Assembly (NCBI RefSeq): GCF_024256425.1
Contig: NC_071110.1
Location: 2,599,451-2,663,450 of the forward strand
From: Clarias gariepinus
Lineage: Eukaryota
DNA length: 64,000 nucleotides
Direction: 5' to 3'
The notes beneath the pieces were generated by a model. It did no database searches. It saw only the letters and a program-made list of their open reading frames with translations, and was not told the DNA's origin. The position numbers and the translations under genes were made by a program. Below, piece by piece: positions 33,756 to 47,396 of the stretch. Position 1 is the stretch's first letter. Each line of letters opens with the position of its first letter.

Positions 33756-35361
33756 CAGTGGTGTGAAAAATTATTTGCCCCTTCCTGATTTCCAATTCTT
33801 TTGCATGTTTGTCACACTTAAATGTTTCTGCTCATCAAAAACCGTTGACTATTAGTCAAAGATAACATAATTGAATACTAAATGAAGGTTTACGTTATTT
33901 AGGGAGAAAAAAAATCCAAACCTACATGGCCCTGTGTGAAAAAGTGATTGCCCCCCTTGTTAAAAAATAACTTAACTGTGGTTTATCACAGCTGAGTTCA
34001 ATTTCTGTAGTCGCCCCCAGGCCTGATTACTGCCACACCTGTTTCAATCAAGAAATCACTTAAATAGGAGCTACCTGACACAGAGAAGTAGACCAAAAGC
34101 ACCTCAAAAGCTAGACATCATGCCAAGATCCAAAGAAATTCAGGAACAAATGAGAACAAAAGTAATTGAGATCTATCAGTCTGGTAAAGGTTATAAAGCC
34201 ATTTCTAAAGCTTTGGGACTCCAGCGAACCACAGTGAGAGCCATTATCCACAAATGGCAAAAACATGGAACAGTGGTGAACCTTCCCAGGAGTGGCCGGC
34301 CGACCAAAATTACCCCAAGAGCGCAGAGACAACTCATCCGAGAGGCCACAAAAGACCCCAGGACAACATCTAAAGAACTGCAGGCCTCACTTGCCTCAAT
34401 TAAGGTCAGTGTTCACGACTCCATCATAAGAAAGAGACTGGGCAAAAACGGCCTGCATGGCAGATTTCCAAGGCGCAAACCACTTTTAAGCAAAAAGAAC
34501 ATTAAGGCTCGTCTCAATTTTGCTAAAAAAACATCTCAATGATTGCCAAGACTTTTGGGAAAATACCTTGTGGACCGACGAGACAAAAGTTGAACTTTTT
34601 GGAAGGTGCGTGTTCCGTTACATCTGGCGTAAAAGTAACACAGCATTTCAGAAAAAGAACATCATACCAACAGTAAAATATGGTGGTGGTAGTGTGATGG
34701 TCTGGGGTTGTTCTGCTGCTTCAGGACCTGGAAGGCTTGCTATGAGAGATGGAACCATGAATTCTACTGTCTACCAAAAAATCCTGAAGGAGAATGTCCG
34801 GCCATCTGTTCATCAACTCAAGCTGAAGCGATCTTGGGTGCTGCAGCAGGACAATGACCCAAAACACACCAGCAAATCCACCTCTGAATGGCTGAAGAAA
34901 AACAAAATGAAGACTTTGGAGTGGCCTAGTCAAAGTCCTGACCTGAATCCTATTGAGATGTTGTGGCATGACCTTAAAAAGGCGGTTCATGCTAGAAAAC
35001 CCTTAAATAAAGCTGAAGTACAACAATTCTGAAAAGATGAGTGGGCCAAAATTCCTCCAGAGCGCTGTAAAAGACTCGTTGTAAGTTATCGCAAACGCTT
35101 GATTGCAGTTATTGCTGCTAAGGGTGGCCCAACCAGTTATTAGGTTCAGGGGGCAATTACTTTTTTACACAGGGCCATGTAGGTGTGGATTTTTTTTCTC
35201 CCTAAATAATAAAAATCATCATTTAAAAACTGCATTTTGTGTTTACTTGTGTTATCTTTGACTAATAGTTAAATGTGTTTGATGATCAGAAACATTTTGT
35301 GTGACAAACATGCAAAAGAATAAGAAATCAGGAGGGGGGCAAATAGTTTTTCACACCACTG
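33756..35361 (+). mobile_element. Full-length Tc1-like DNA transposon, ~1.6 kb. It has ~28-bp TIRs (CAGTGGTGTGAAAAATTATTTGCCCC … GGGGGGCAAATAGTTTTTCACACCACTG) flanked by TA. The transposase is frameshifted.
   Basis: TIRs read directly at 33756-33783 and 35334-35361; a TA dinucleotide on each side. The transposase is split across ORFs 34120-34542 and 34520-35032. Confidence 0.85.
34120..35032 (+). pseudogene. Tc1 transposase broken into two overlapping ORFs by a frameshift near 34520-34542 (MPRSKEIQEQMRTKVIEIYQSGKGYKAISKALGLQRTTVRAIIHKW… / …LWTDETKVELFG…VKYGGGSVMVWGC…DNDPKHTSK…EWPSQSPDLNPIEMLWHDLKKAV…).
   Basis: Paired-like HTH plus a DD34E core, all Tc1 hallmarks; two reading frames. Confidence 0.8.
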
Positions 35362-36009
35362 TATATAATAAATCAATTATTGATTTTATACTGGTAGGGA
35401 ATGAGTGGAATCTGTGAAACCCTCGAGGCTTCAATGCAGGAGTTCATTGACAATTTTTTTTAAACTGGTGTCATAGTTAAGCTTCATAGTCAAGCTATTT
35501 TTGTGTCAAAAAAGAGAAAAGCAGAGTTACTCTTTACTCTGCACAGAAACTAAACTAAACCAAAAAAAAAAAAAAAAATGCACCCAAAAAATAGGTGAGA
35601 AGATGCAGAGAGTATGGTATGATATAGAGTAATTAGAGAAATATGCTCTTTCTGACATGCCAGAAGTCCATCCAATTCTTGTTTGGGTGATAAGTTCTGC
35701 ACTAGTTCACCACTCATGCTGTGCTTCATACTACAACTGAATAGGGTGGGCCAATTTTAAAATTATTTGGGGATTGTGATTCAGGTCTAAAGTTGAACCG
35801 AATCAGTCTTATGATACATATAAAACAGCCATTATTTTGTTTTGTTTTGTTACGTCTCTATCCTGTTTTCTCTTCTCCTCACATCTTTCTGTGATTTATT
35901 TGTTTATGTGAACTTACAATTTGTTAAGAAAAAATTATAATCAAATATGAAAACCTATTACGTCCTTTGGGATGTTCAATGCTGCAGAAACCTTTTGGTT
36001 CCGATCCTG

Positions 36010-36160
36010 AGTTTGGGGCAGTGGTGGCTCAGTGTGTTAAGGCTCTGAGTTACGGATCGGAAGATCGGCGGTTCGAGCCCCAGCTTGAGCAAGGCCTTTA
36101 ACCCTGTCTGCTCCAGGGGTGCCGTAAAATGACTGACCTTGTGCTCTGACCCCTGCCTAC
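36010..36160 (+). mobile_element. tRNA-derived SINE (GGGGCAGTGGTGGCTCAGTGTGTTAAGGCTCTGAGTTACGGATCGGAAGATCGGCGGTTCGAGCCCC…).
   Basis: A tRNA-like head with A and B boxes. It is not a tRNA gene: there is no acceptor-stem closure. Confidence 0.6.
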
Positions 36161-37957
36161 CAACAAGAAGTTGTTATATGCAAAGAATTAAGCATGTGTA
36201 TGTGACAATTAGAATTTTTGTTTCTTTACCTTAAATTTTAAAGATTGATAAATAAAGCATAAATTCCTTTTTTTTTAAGTGTGGTAGAAGACTTTAATTG
36301 ACTATGTGCCTTATAAATAGTCTGCATAATTGTGGGTGAGTTAGAATTGAAGAGCTAGAAATGTGTATACTGTATGTGCAAGAAAGAAGAAGATGCACAA
36401 GGAGTATCGGCTTTCACATCATTGACACTGACAGAATACTCTACGCCAGAAGATGTAACTCACCTGCTTTTATGAGATGTCACGAAGACCTGCACCATCG
36501 TAATACATAAGACACTGTGGGGAGAGGGGGGTGGGGTGTTTCCTCTCTTTAGAAGGTGTGTGTAACGTTGATGTCCAGCGCTGATTAAATAAACCACTAC
36601 TCTTGTTGTGATACTATTTAAAGTCTCCAAAGTTGGTAATTTAATTTCCACCACAAAAGATAGGTGATTTATTTTGCCAAAAATCATACCTGTATCTGGT
36701 CAGTTTAAATTATTATTAACATCAACAATACATACATCACAGGGGAAGGCCAGACCATGAACTCAGGTGATGTAAATAACAAAGGGTCTGAATTATTCTG
36801 CAACTGTGCTATGACAATTTGGAAATGTGATTTATGCATGTTGTTATAATGGAGTACTTTGCAGATATACAGTATATGGATGTGTGTATTATGACAAAAC
36901 TCTTGACAATAAAATGATTGAAGATATGAAAAGTATTTTATATACAGGATAATACCGAAAAACACTGAAGTTTGAGTAAATTATATTATTTTAAATAATA
37001 CGCACCCAGCGTTATTTATAAAGGTGTGTGGCCTGCCTCTCTGCCTGCCTCGCATCAAAAACACTGTCTGTGCTTGTAGAATCTGGTTTTCCCTTATGGA
37101 AAAAAATATATGGCAATATATTGTAAAATATAATGCAATTTATTAAATAATAAATTTCTAGTGTAAATAAACTAGTGTTTATATTTATTAATATATTGCA
37201 ATATACTGTATAAATGGACCTGCAATGCAGACAAAAGCCATTATATGTATACTTATAATTTTTTTATTGAAACATTATTGAAACTTTATGCATGTTTAAG
37301 AATTATATACACACTTTTACTTTGTTGGTGCCCATAGCAAAGGAAACTTGATGAGATGAGATCTTATGATAACCTCTTCTTTTTCTCCTAGACAGAAATG
37401 AGCTGTCTTTGAGACTTGAATAGGAGTTTGGCATCTTCTGCATCTTCCCAAAAGTTTCTCAAATGTGGCTCATTACCTCTAAATCTCAAAGATAGTTCAT
37501 TTTTGTCTTGTGTGTGACTCACATATTTTTTGTTTCCCCAAAGCAATGTTTCCCACACAGTGCTTGTAAACTGTGCATTTGGGTTTTTTGATGTGTTGTG
37601 TAGAATTAAACTCATTATTACTTAAATGGCAAACTTACTTTACATTCTGTATAAATGTCATTATCAATAAAGAACTAAAATACAATATACAGAATATTTA
37701 TTTTAATCAGGAAGGAAAGCAGTGCGATAATGTTTATGATTATGTGATAATGTCTATGATTATCATTAAAGACCATAACTATTTTTTATTATACATTTAT
37801 GACTGAATCTTTAACATTTTTTTATGGCCCAATTAAGCCTACAATACATATAGATTCTAATAAAGACATAATTTCCCACAATGTCTCCCACACGTGCTCT
37901 AAGCCTGCAAACCTTTAAGTGGTCAGTGTGTTAGAGAAATGTGCAGGGCAAATAAAT

Positions 37958-37991
37958 ACATTAATTAATTAATTAATTAATTAATTAATTA

Positions 37992-38028
<37 letters not shown>

Positions 38029-38030
38029 GG
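37958..38030. repeat. (TTAA)n/(AATAAT)n compound microsatellite.
   Basis: Direct reading. Confidence 0.9.
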
Positions 38031-39019
38031 AGAGGCGTTTATGTCAAAACAGGCTTTTAATTGTGCAGAATAACTAATGCACTTATTCCAGCATTTTGCT
38101 AGCGCTTGATAGCATCAGGGTAAAGGTTTCTCAGTATGCTGGGGATATAATCGGACTGCCTGCTTCACATTTTAAATGCTAGCCTTCCAAAAACACCTTT
38201 TATGGTGCAAACGTAGAAACGACTTAAAGTGAGGTCAGGACTGTATGGGGGATGTGCAAATGACTCCTGTAATGTTCAAGTGGTGTTGATAAATTATTGT
38301 GTGTACTGTTCCCACAGATAGATCTCTTCCGCAAGTTCATGACAAGTTATTCATCAATTTTCAAGGATCAGACATTCCACTCGCTGAATGTTTACAGAAA
38401 ACACCTACAGTGGGCTCGAAGCCACCTCAACAGGTATTGTTATTCATGGGAGTACGGCCATCTTTAATATATTTGCACCGTTCAAATGTTTTACTTTGCA
38501 CAAGAGTCACATTACGGTTCTGTGGTTGAAGTCTTCTTAAAATGTCAATGGCTTTTTTATGCCTCCATTCACCAAAAATTTCAACATAAGTTCTAATTGC
38601 TCGTAAATCCCCTTTTAATAATAATAATAATTATAATAATAATAATGTATTACAATTTGGGCACACAGCTCATGGGGAATTGGGGAAAACTTACGGGGAA
38701 AAGGGGGATGGAAAGGGTTAAAGGAAAGCAGAAGGGAAAAAGGAAAAGAAAGATGTAAAGGTGTGCACCTGCAGGTCCGGTGGCAGTTCCCAACAGGCAT
38801 GTAGGCACACAGCTGACAAAAGGCGGCACTGGGCAAAGTGTCAAAGTGATCTAAGGGCGGCATTCTGGTCCTACCTTTAAAGTTTCTGAGGTATGTAACA
38901 TAACATGTAACTAAACTCCGCGCTTCGCTTTTATAATACAGAGGGAGCCTACAGAGTGAGCAAGGAGCGATAACAGGTTAAGGCACACGTCCATTACAGG
39001 CACACGCCGTGACACATCT

Positions 39020-39552
39020 TTATTTCAATACATTTGTGTCACATAACCTTACAGATGAGTTTTTAGCCATACAGAACCCAGCGTATAGAGGCTGAGTGAA
39101 TGTGGTGTGGACTCTGTGGAGGAGCCTCATTGTGTCACAGATACTGTAGAAGGACAGAGTTCCTGCACCGTGATCCACATACACACCTATTCTAGAGGTC
39201 ATTGGACCTTGGATATCGGTTTTGATTTTGTTGTGCCAGAAACAGACAGAGGAAGACGAACACAGCAGAGTCCAAGACTGACTGTTGTATCCAAGCAAAC
39301 ACTCATGACCTGTTTCTTTCCTGCTGATCTCTTCATATGCAACTGATATGGATACAACCCCGCTCCACTCCACCTCCCAGTAACAGCGTCCACACACACT
39401 CTCCTTACACAACACCTGTTCCCAGTAGTTAAATCTCTCTGGTTGATCAGAGTATTGCTGGTGTGTCTCACTGCGTGTCACTGATCTGTTCTTCTCAGAC
39501 AGAATGAGTTGATGATGTGCTGTGGTGGGATCCAGAGTCAGATAACAGAAAT
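39020..39552 (-). CDS. finTRIM-like locus 3 B30.2 exon. It differs from the locus-2 exon by only a few codons.
   Basis: The 184-aa ORF differs from 27746-28297 at ~5 positions (e.g. AYEEISRKETGHEC, VDHGAGTL). Confidence 0.7.
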
Positions 39553-40849
39553 CTAAAATTAATAAAATGTCCACAGGTTAGATATTAATGGGATGTAGTA
39601 GCACAGTGATGTTGGACTACTGATGCGAAGGGTTTAAGTTTAAATCACAGTAGCTGGGCCTGTAAACAAAGCCTTTAGCTCTCAACTGATCAGGTGTCTG
39701 AATGATATAAATGTAAGTCATACTGGATAAGGGCATAATATCTGGTTAAAATGAATCAGATTTAGATGTAAAACACAAACACGTTTAGACAAAGTGTTAG
39801 GGGGTGTTTTACTTACACTGCAGAAACTCCTCTCTGTTTTTTGGCTGTAATATCTGAAATGCTGCAACTGGGGAAAATGATAGAGACAAAAATATGAAAT
39901 TGAAACAGTTTAAAACCTTGTAAGCTCAGATGGACACATCAATTAGACGCCAACTTGGTGGATCAGTCTTCCAATTTTGAATTTAAGATATCACCTGCAT
40001 TTCTATTTCAATTAAATGTAATATTTAGATTTATCATTTCTTTTGACTTTGTCTGGTAAATTTAGCTTGATGTAATTTACAATGTTTATACTCTTAAAGA
40101 CTGAGCAAAAATGGTTTGTGTTAAAACCTACAGTACTGCCATAATTGGTTAGTACACATCACATGATCTGCTACATGAGCAAGTGGAGGAAGAGCCTGAA
40201 AAATGGGAGACATGTGTAATGTAATGTGCAAAATATTTAACAGCGAACAATTTTCAGTTAAAGCCAGTCTGACATCTGAAGTATAATCCTTGAGGAACAA
40301 AAAATATTAGGAATTGATGATTAGGATTACCCTTCTGCTGTGGGAGGTCAGTAAAAAGTGGAGGCGATTATCCATGCTTCAGTCACCAAATATGACTGTT
40401 CAATTACTATAGATGGTTTTTAAAAAGCTTATACAGTGTACTTTAGCCACTGTAGTACTGTTACAAAAATAATAAGTTTAGCTGTTTGCAAGAAGGCCTT
40501 CAAAAAAGAAAAAGAGACGCTCCTGAGCAGCACAGTCTTGGTGCATTATGATACAGAGAAGCCACTAAAGTTGACATGTAATGCCCCCCCATATGAAGTA
40601 GGGACTGTCATATCCAAGAAGAAAAAGTCATGTCAATCCAATCAGTTCTGACAGAAGCTGAAAAAAATTCACAGATCAAAAAGAGGCATTGGCAATCATT
40701 TATTGGGTGAGAATATTCTTATAGTATTTTACTCTATAAGTTTACTCTTCACACATCACAAATCATAAACCATTACTGGCAATGCTAGGGCCAAAAGCAA
40801 CAGTTTCCCACATTAGCTGCTTTAAGGATGCAGGAGTTGCTTTAAGGGG

Positions 40850-41040
40850 CAGGAGTAGCTCAGTGGTTAAGGTGTTGGCCTAATGATTGGAAAGTGCCAG
40901 GTTTAAACCTTAGCATCACTATGTTGACTCTGTTGGGCCCTTGAGCAAGGTCCTTAACCCTCAAATGTTTAGATGTAAAATGTATGCCACTCTATATAAG
41001 GGCGTCTGCCAAATGTCATAAATGTAATGCAGTGCTAGGG
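40850..41040 (+). mobile_element. tRNA-derived SINE (GGGGCAGGAGTAGCTCAGTGGTTAAGG… tail AAGGGCGTCTGCCAAATGTCATAAATGTAATG).
   Basis: Head and tail signatures. Confidence 0.6.
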
Positions 41041-42510
41041 GGTGGATTCTGAGCCTATAGAGGTACAGAATTGAATACAAGAAGTCGTCAGATCACTAAA
41101 ATACTGATGGCATGTCCAGACTATGTGTAGGAGAGAAAGACAAAACAGCATAAAAATCCATGTGTTTTACTTCTCTAATGTAGATACCTTACTAGTGTCT
41201 GTCCATGACATACTGTAAAAGTAAACACCAGAAGGCACCTTATTCTTAGAAAAGTTTGGTGATGCACAATACATGATTGGGCAGCCGCCTAAAAAAGAAA
41301 AAAACTGAAGGTCTACTTTGTGAGGAGACATGGATTCCTTAAGGATTATGGTTGCAACTTGTGAGGTCCCGGGGTGACTGGTCCACCCACCTACTGTATG
41401 AATAATAATTTAAGGAATCTCATGTTAGTCTTAAAGAAACATAATTATTAACTTTGGGATAGCCCGCCAGAACAGGCTGACAAATGTTCTACTTTGTTTA
41501 GAGCCACCTCACTTAGTTACAAGCAAGTCCAAAGCAGGGCAGAGAGATTTGCACCAGTTCCAGTTAGTTAAGATCACATCTGTCTAGACAATGGTCAGGG
41601 TTCAAAATTGAGGAAGTCCAAAATCAGAAAGGGGGAAAAAAGAGCAAGACAGCTGCAAGATGTTTCGGACTATTTACTTAATTAGTGCAGGGAGGCAGCA
41701 GGAGATGCTTCGTTTACATTGACTATAGTCTGCTGAGACTGAAGCAGTATTTACCATTGAGGGGGGAAAAATGCACTACTTTACATCACTTCTACTGCTT
41801 CTAGTCCCTTCATACGTAGTGAGGAGAAATCTTCTGAAATGGAAGTGTCAGAGCAGAACCCAAGTCTGAAAAACAACCTACCAAGGCTCTTACTCCTCCA
41901 ACAAACATAAATGTTGTTGCTGTTCACCAGTGGTCCAGTGATAGAGATATCCTGAAAGCCTCAGAAGGGCTCACTGTAACGTCCTTCAGTATAGAAGAAA
42001 ATAAAGATCACATACTGTCGACAGACAGAGTTGTTAGCGAACGTGCAGTTTACTTTTTGTTTTTATTCACATGCCCAATGACAAATTACACACACGTAGT
42101 TACGTCGTCCCGCTTGACGTGCTTATGCGCTTACGTCAGAGTCAGGATGCAGAAAACAGAAAACTTGGAACAGGACTACAGTACATGCAAACACTACATC
42201 CACCAGAGACTAGACTTGTAATTAATTATACTTTAAAAGAGAAATATAGAAAATTTTACAGTGATGTATGAAAGCATTTTTTAATTGATTTAGATTGTGT
42301 TGCTTTTACCGTAGAGATCATTTAGCCTGTGTCAGTACCTCAGAGAGGTTCTATTTAGGTGATTCTAAGTGTGATCTTTGAGAAACCCACATGTTGTGAC
42401 AAATACTTTGTGATTTTATGCAGTTTTGTTCCTGTGTTCACTTATTTCTGTTAGATGAATTTTATGGCCCTCTGTACTGTGATGTAGAACAAAAATGTTT
42501 GTTTCTTTAC

Positions 42511-42634
42511 CTTGTGAACAGATTTTGTTGAATTCCTCCTCACAGATTTCCTCGACCCGTTTTTTCAGATCTGAGAGAGATTTCCTCACTTCATCAAATG
42601 AGAGATGTTGATTGACAGTGAAGCTGGGTGAGTC
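42511..42634 (-). pseudogene. Copy-III internal ftr exon (…SDLKKRVEEICEEEFNKICSQ). It is intact in itself, but the locus downstream is degenerate. The paralogous coiled-coil exon 2 is deleted (homology breaks at ~42737). The coiled-coil exon at ~42850-42952 has lost its acceptor (ctcag|AATGAAC has become cgcatAATGAAC).
   Basis: Direct comparison with 18255-19058 and 29082-29881. Confidence 0.5.
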
Positions 42635-43295
42635 CTCACATCCAGGAGAAGCACAGAGAGACGGGAAACTCTACAGAGAGGAAACACATCATAGAGAAGG
42701 AGAAAAGTGTAGGAGGGGAACGAATGAATCTCAGACTTTATTATCTCATACTGTATAGGAACATTTAGTTGCATTTTGTTGTTGTTTTTATGTTGTTGTT
42801 TTTTAGTTTGTGCATGTGTTCAGGAGAATTTCTCTTTTTACTCCTTACCGAAATCATGTCAGCAATCTGTCTCAGCCACCTCTTCTGCTTCTCCTGGATC
42901 ATCTGCTGGAATTTAATTTGTTCTTCCTTTAGTTCATTATGCGAAAAAATAAATAAATCTCATTATTTCTCAGTATTAACTGCAGCTAAACATTTAAACT
43001 TGACATTTAAACTACAGTATGTATACTCAATGTTGATTGATGTTACTTTTTAAAGTAACTAACTACAATACATTACAAAATTACTGTCATTAAAAAGTAA
43101 CCAATTTTATAACAGCGTTATTTTCTGATAAAAGTAACTAGTTTGAGTACTTTTCCATTGCAGATAATAAAAACTTGTTTGTGATTCATGCATGTTGTTT
43201 TAGTCAAGATCTTAATAATTATTCTACCTTCATCTCTCAGCGAAGTTTGGCTTATAATCTGTAAACTTGTAATGCTCCTATCTCACTTACGCGGT

Positions 43296-43460
43296 GGCCT
43301 TAAGTAGGTTCATCATGATTCACTGCGAGTTTTGGCGCTGTGATTAGGTTTCCATTTTTCTGTGCGACTTCATGAAACGTCCGGCAGTCACTCGTGACGA
43401 CTCACAGTGACTAACACCGATTCTCACCGCAAGTCAAATCGCATAGGTGAGATAGGGGTA
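43296..43460. repeat. Inverted partial copy of the sequence flanking the 47.4-kb minisatellite (43296-43356 is the reverse complement of 47343-47400). It is followed by a TAGGTGAGATAGGGGTAT seed unit at ~43444.
   Basis: Read directly. The palindrome GTCACTCGTGACGACTCACAGTGAC lies at ~43388-43412. Confidence 0.55.
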
Positions 43461-45820
43461 TAACAGCAGGAATAACAGAGGGAGCGGGTTATCAGGGGCG
43501 GGGCTTGCAGGATGACTTTTACACACACACATTAACGGAATGACTGCTGTCTGGCTTACGGATTACATAAATTGTCTAAATAATGGATTACATTTTTGAA
43601 AATATAACTTAATAACTGAGTACTTAAATGGCGGACCTACAGTAACGCGTTAGATTACTTGCTACATATAAAAAAGTTTTCCAAGTACTCTAACGCTACT
43701 TTGTAACACGTTACACCCAACACTGAGTATAATGATGAAAATAGAACATTTAATTGCGAACTATACTAAAATCTTACTTAACTAAAATAAAACGATTTTA
43801 ACTTCTAAACTTCTACAAAATTACAATGCATTAAAAAAAGGAATATTGTGAATAAGTTTTGCATAATTTAATTCAGAAAGCGAAACTCATATTCTAGATT
43901 CATAACACATTACACGAATATTTCAAGCCTTTTTGGCTTTTATTTCGATGATTATAGCTTACAGCACATGAAAATTCCAGTATCTGAAAATATTAGAATT
44001 TTTTTTAATCTTTCAAAGACCTTCCAATGAATTTTAAAAGGTTTTACAAAACAGAAATGTCCAACTTCTAAAAAGAACAGGTGGTGGCACTGTCTGAGTC
44101 GTTGTTGAAGACCAGGTTGCTTTGATAACAGCCATCAGCACGTCAGTATCATTGAGTCGGGTGTTTCTCATCTTCCTCTTGACAGTAGCCTGTAGATCAT
44201 CTATTGGATTCAGGTCAGATGAGTTGGCTGGTCAATTAAGCACAGTAATATCATGGGCAGCAAACCAGTTATGGTTGTTTGGTTATCGTGGACAGGAGCT
44301 AAGTTCTGGTGAAAATAAAATCAGCATTTCAATGAATCTCATCAGCAGACAGAAACATGCAGTGCTCTAAAATGTTCTGACACTCCTGACGTTATCTCTG
44401 GTCCAGGAGTGGTTTGATGTTAGGAATGCAACAGTTGTAGCTCATTTCCTGAAGGAGTCTAGGCGGGTGGCTTTTGATGCACTGACTTCAGCCTTGCACC
44501 CCTCCTTGTGAAGCTCTTCCATGTTTTTGAATCAGGTTACAGTAGCTTGACAATCTTCTTAAGGTTGTGGTCATCACAGTTCATTTTGCAACTTTTTCTA
44601 CCACACTTTTGCCTTCCAGGTAACTTTGCATGAATATACTTCAATGCAGCCTTTTGTAAACAGCCAGCCATTTTAGTAATGACCTTCTGTGGCTTTGTCT
44701 CCCTATAGAGGGTGTCACTAATTATCTTCTACAACAGTCAAGTCAGTAGTCTTCCCTATGATTGTGGTTGCATATACTGAACCAGACTGAGAGATACATG
44801 GTATTTATTATATATGAATAGTATTTTACTCAACTCATGAGCTGTAAGCCATAATCATCAAGTAAGGCTTGAAATATTTTACTTCTTGTGTAATGAATTT
44901 AAAAAATATAAGTTTCACTTCATATAAAAAAATCCACAATATTCTAATTTGCTTCTATTAATTAATTTTTGCACTATACAACCATAAAGGGTAATGAGAG
45001 CCTTCCTAAAAACTTTTTAGGACTGTTGCCTGTCAAGTTTACTAAAAGAAACCAAACTAAACATGAAACAACTTCTATCCACATAATTCCATGCATTTTT
45101 ATACACGATAAGTAATGCATGTGCTACAGAAACTTTAAGCTAGTTTAGGAAAATCTACTGTCATGAAATATATCATAAATCCACCCACATTGTTGATTGT
45201 CTGAGATAATTAAATAATAAAAAAAGTAAGTTTCATAAACATACGTGTTTGTTAGAAAGACCATTCCTGAAGCCTACTGTAGTTATCCTTGGTTCTTATT
45301 TCTTGATTGGAGTAATCCAGCAGACTCAGTCCTAAACTTGGGTGTCATATGCTTTATACTCTTTATGTTATAATTGTAGGGTTAGGGTTAATGTTTATAT
45401 TGAGATATTTCAGCTAGACCAAGGCGAAGAGTCAATTTAACCACACAAACACCTCTTACGTCATTTAGTTAATGCCAATTTAAAAGTGTTTTGTGTGAAT
45501 GTTTTGTATTTATTGTTGTCTTATCTGTCTAGCACATAGTATATTGACCATAACAAATCCTTACAATGATTTTACAGAGAAAGTGTATTTACATTAATAT
45601 GCTAAATATATGCTTTCAAAGTTTGTATATATGGCTTTGATTTGAAAGTACAAAGTGTATTTTATTTAAGCCTTATAGAGTTTTAAGACTTTCTATAACA
45701 GGGAACTTTACTGTGCACTTTGTTTTATTCCTGTTAGTTAGAATACAATAGAATTTTATCAAAAACCCTTCTGCTTTACATCAATTTACAATAAACATTT
45801 AAAAATCTGAAATGATTTTC

Positions 45821-45851
<31 letters not shown>

Positions 45852-46365
45852 GCCTTGAGTACATATGTGTACTTATACTTTTCAGAGGCCCGATATGTTC
45901 TATGTACAATCCTTGTTTTATTGATTGCATCTAATATTCTAATTTTCTGAGATTGTGGATTTGGGGTTTAAGCCATAATCATCTCAATTATGACAAATCA
46001 TGGTTTGAACTATCTTGAGTCTATCTCATATATTAGTTTCACTTTTTAAGTTAATGTTATTAAATTAACTTTTTAAGTTAATATAATTAACGTTTGCACG
46101 ATATTCAAATTTTTCAAGTTCCACCTGTACAGTATAAGGCAAAATTAAATCAAGAGCCCTTACAATTGTGTTTAACTTAAACTTGACCCACTGATTGTTT
46201 TATTGAGCAAGAACATCTCTCACCCAGACACAACAGTGGTTTATTAATTATCAGTGATTCATAGAAGTTAGATTACAAATTATATATATATATTTTTTTT
46301 TTATATATTATTAAAAATATTTTACGTCAATGTACATGAAAAAATAACAACATTAAAGCTCTTAC

Positions 46366-46953
46366 CTGTTTTTCAGGTCTTTCTCCATTGGTATCTGTAT
46401 CATAGCATTTATGTTCATACATCTTGCACAAACAACAAATAAAATTTTGGTCAGTACAAGAACAAATCTTGATCAGTTTGTCATGCTGAGAGCAGATCTT
46501 CTCTTGGAGATCTGCACAGACTTCCACTGACTTGTTCTTCTTAAAGGCAGGAAACTGATAGTGAGGTTTAAGATGATCTTCACAATAGGAGGCCAGACAC
46601 ACCAGACAGGAATTAACAGCCTTATATTTTCTCCTGGTGCAGAAATCACACTCTACATCTCCAGGTCCAGTGTAACAGTGAGCAGGAGAAGCAGCTTGAG
46701 GTTCAGTCTCTTTTAGTTCCTTCACCTTTTTATTCAGCATGTTGTTCCTTCGTAAAACAGGCCTTGGAGTGAAAGTGTCTCTACACTGGGGGCAGCTGTA
46801 GACACCTTTCACATCCTCCTGATCCCAGAAGCCATAAATACACACCTTACAGAAACTGCGGCCACAGGGAAGAGTCACTGGATCGTTTAGGAGATTCAGA
46901 CACAACGAACACCTGAACAGATCCTGGGATTTTAAAATCTCAATCTTTGCCAT
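46366..46953 (-). CDS. finTRIM-like RING + B-box exon with a largely canonical RING ([65 protein letters not shown]…). Possibly the 5' exon for locus 3.
   Basis: The C3HC4 cysteines are present (His replaced by Arg in PCGRSFC). B-boxes present. Donor AAACAG|gtaaga. Confidence 0.6.
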
Positions 46954-47396
46954 TTTTGTAACTCACACACTGAGTGAGAGAGAGGAAGAGAGAGAGATGC
47001 ACTCAAGGTTTACATCTTCTAAAAAAAGAGAGCTTTTTGATCTTATAAATGTTATGACATGACACAAAGAGCAGGCGTGACTTTAAAAAAAATGGTTCAG
47101 GCTTTAACCCTTTTCCAGCTGGCTCAACCACAGAAAAGCTGACTATGACCGCTTTACTTATTCATCAAGTTGCTGAGCTAAAATGTTATTAGCAAGTAAA
47201 TAAAAATATAAAAAACATACATGTTTTTGATTTTCTACTCATTGCATAGTGAAGATATATTATCACATTTAGGCCCTAAATTTAATTTAAGTCTGAGTTT
47301 AAGTTGTTTTATTTCTACAGGCATGTAGAGAAAGTATTGTGAAGATGGAAACCTAATCACAGCGTCAAAACTCGCGGTAAATCATGATCAAAACCG

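Noticed and set aside
36010-36160. tRNA-like sequences (also 28320, 32301, 39590, 40850).
   Set aside because: These are heads of tRNA-derived SINEs with conserved SINE tails. No complete cloverleaf with acceptor-stem pairing and CCA context, so not called as tRNA genes.
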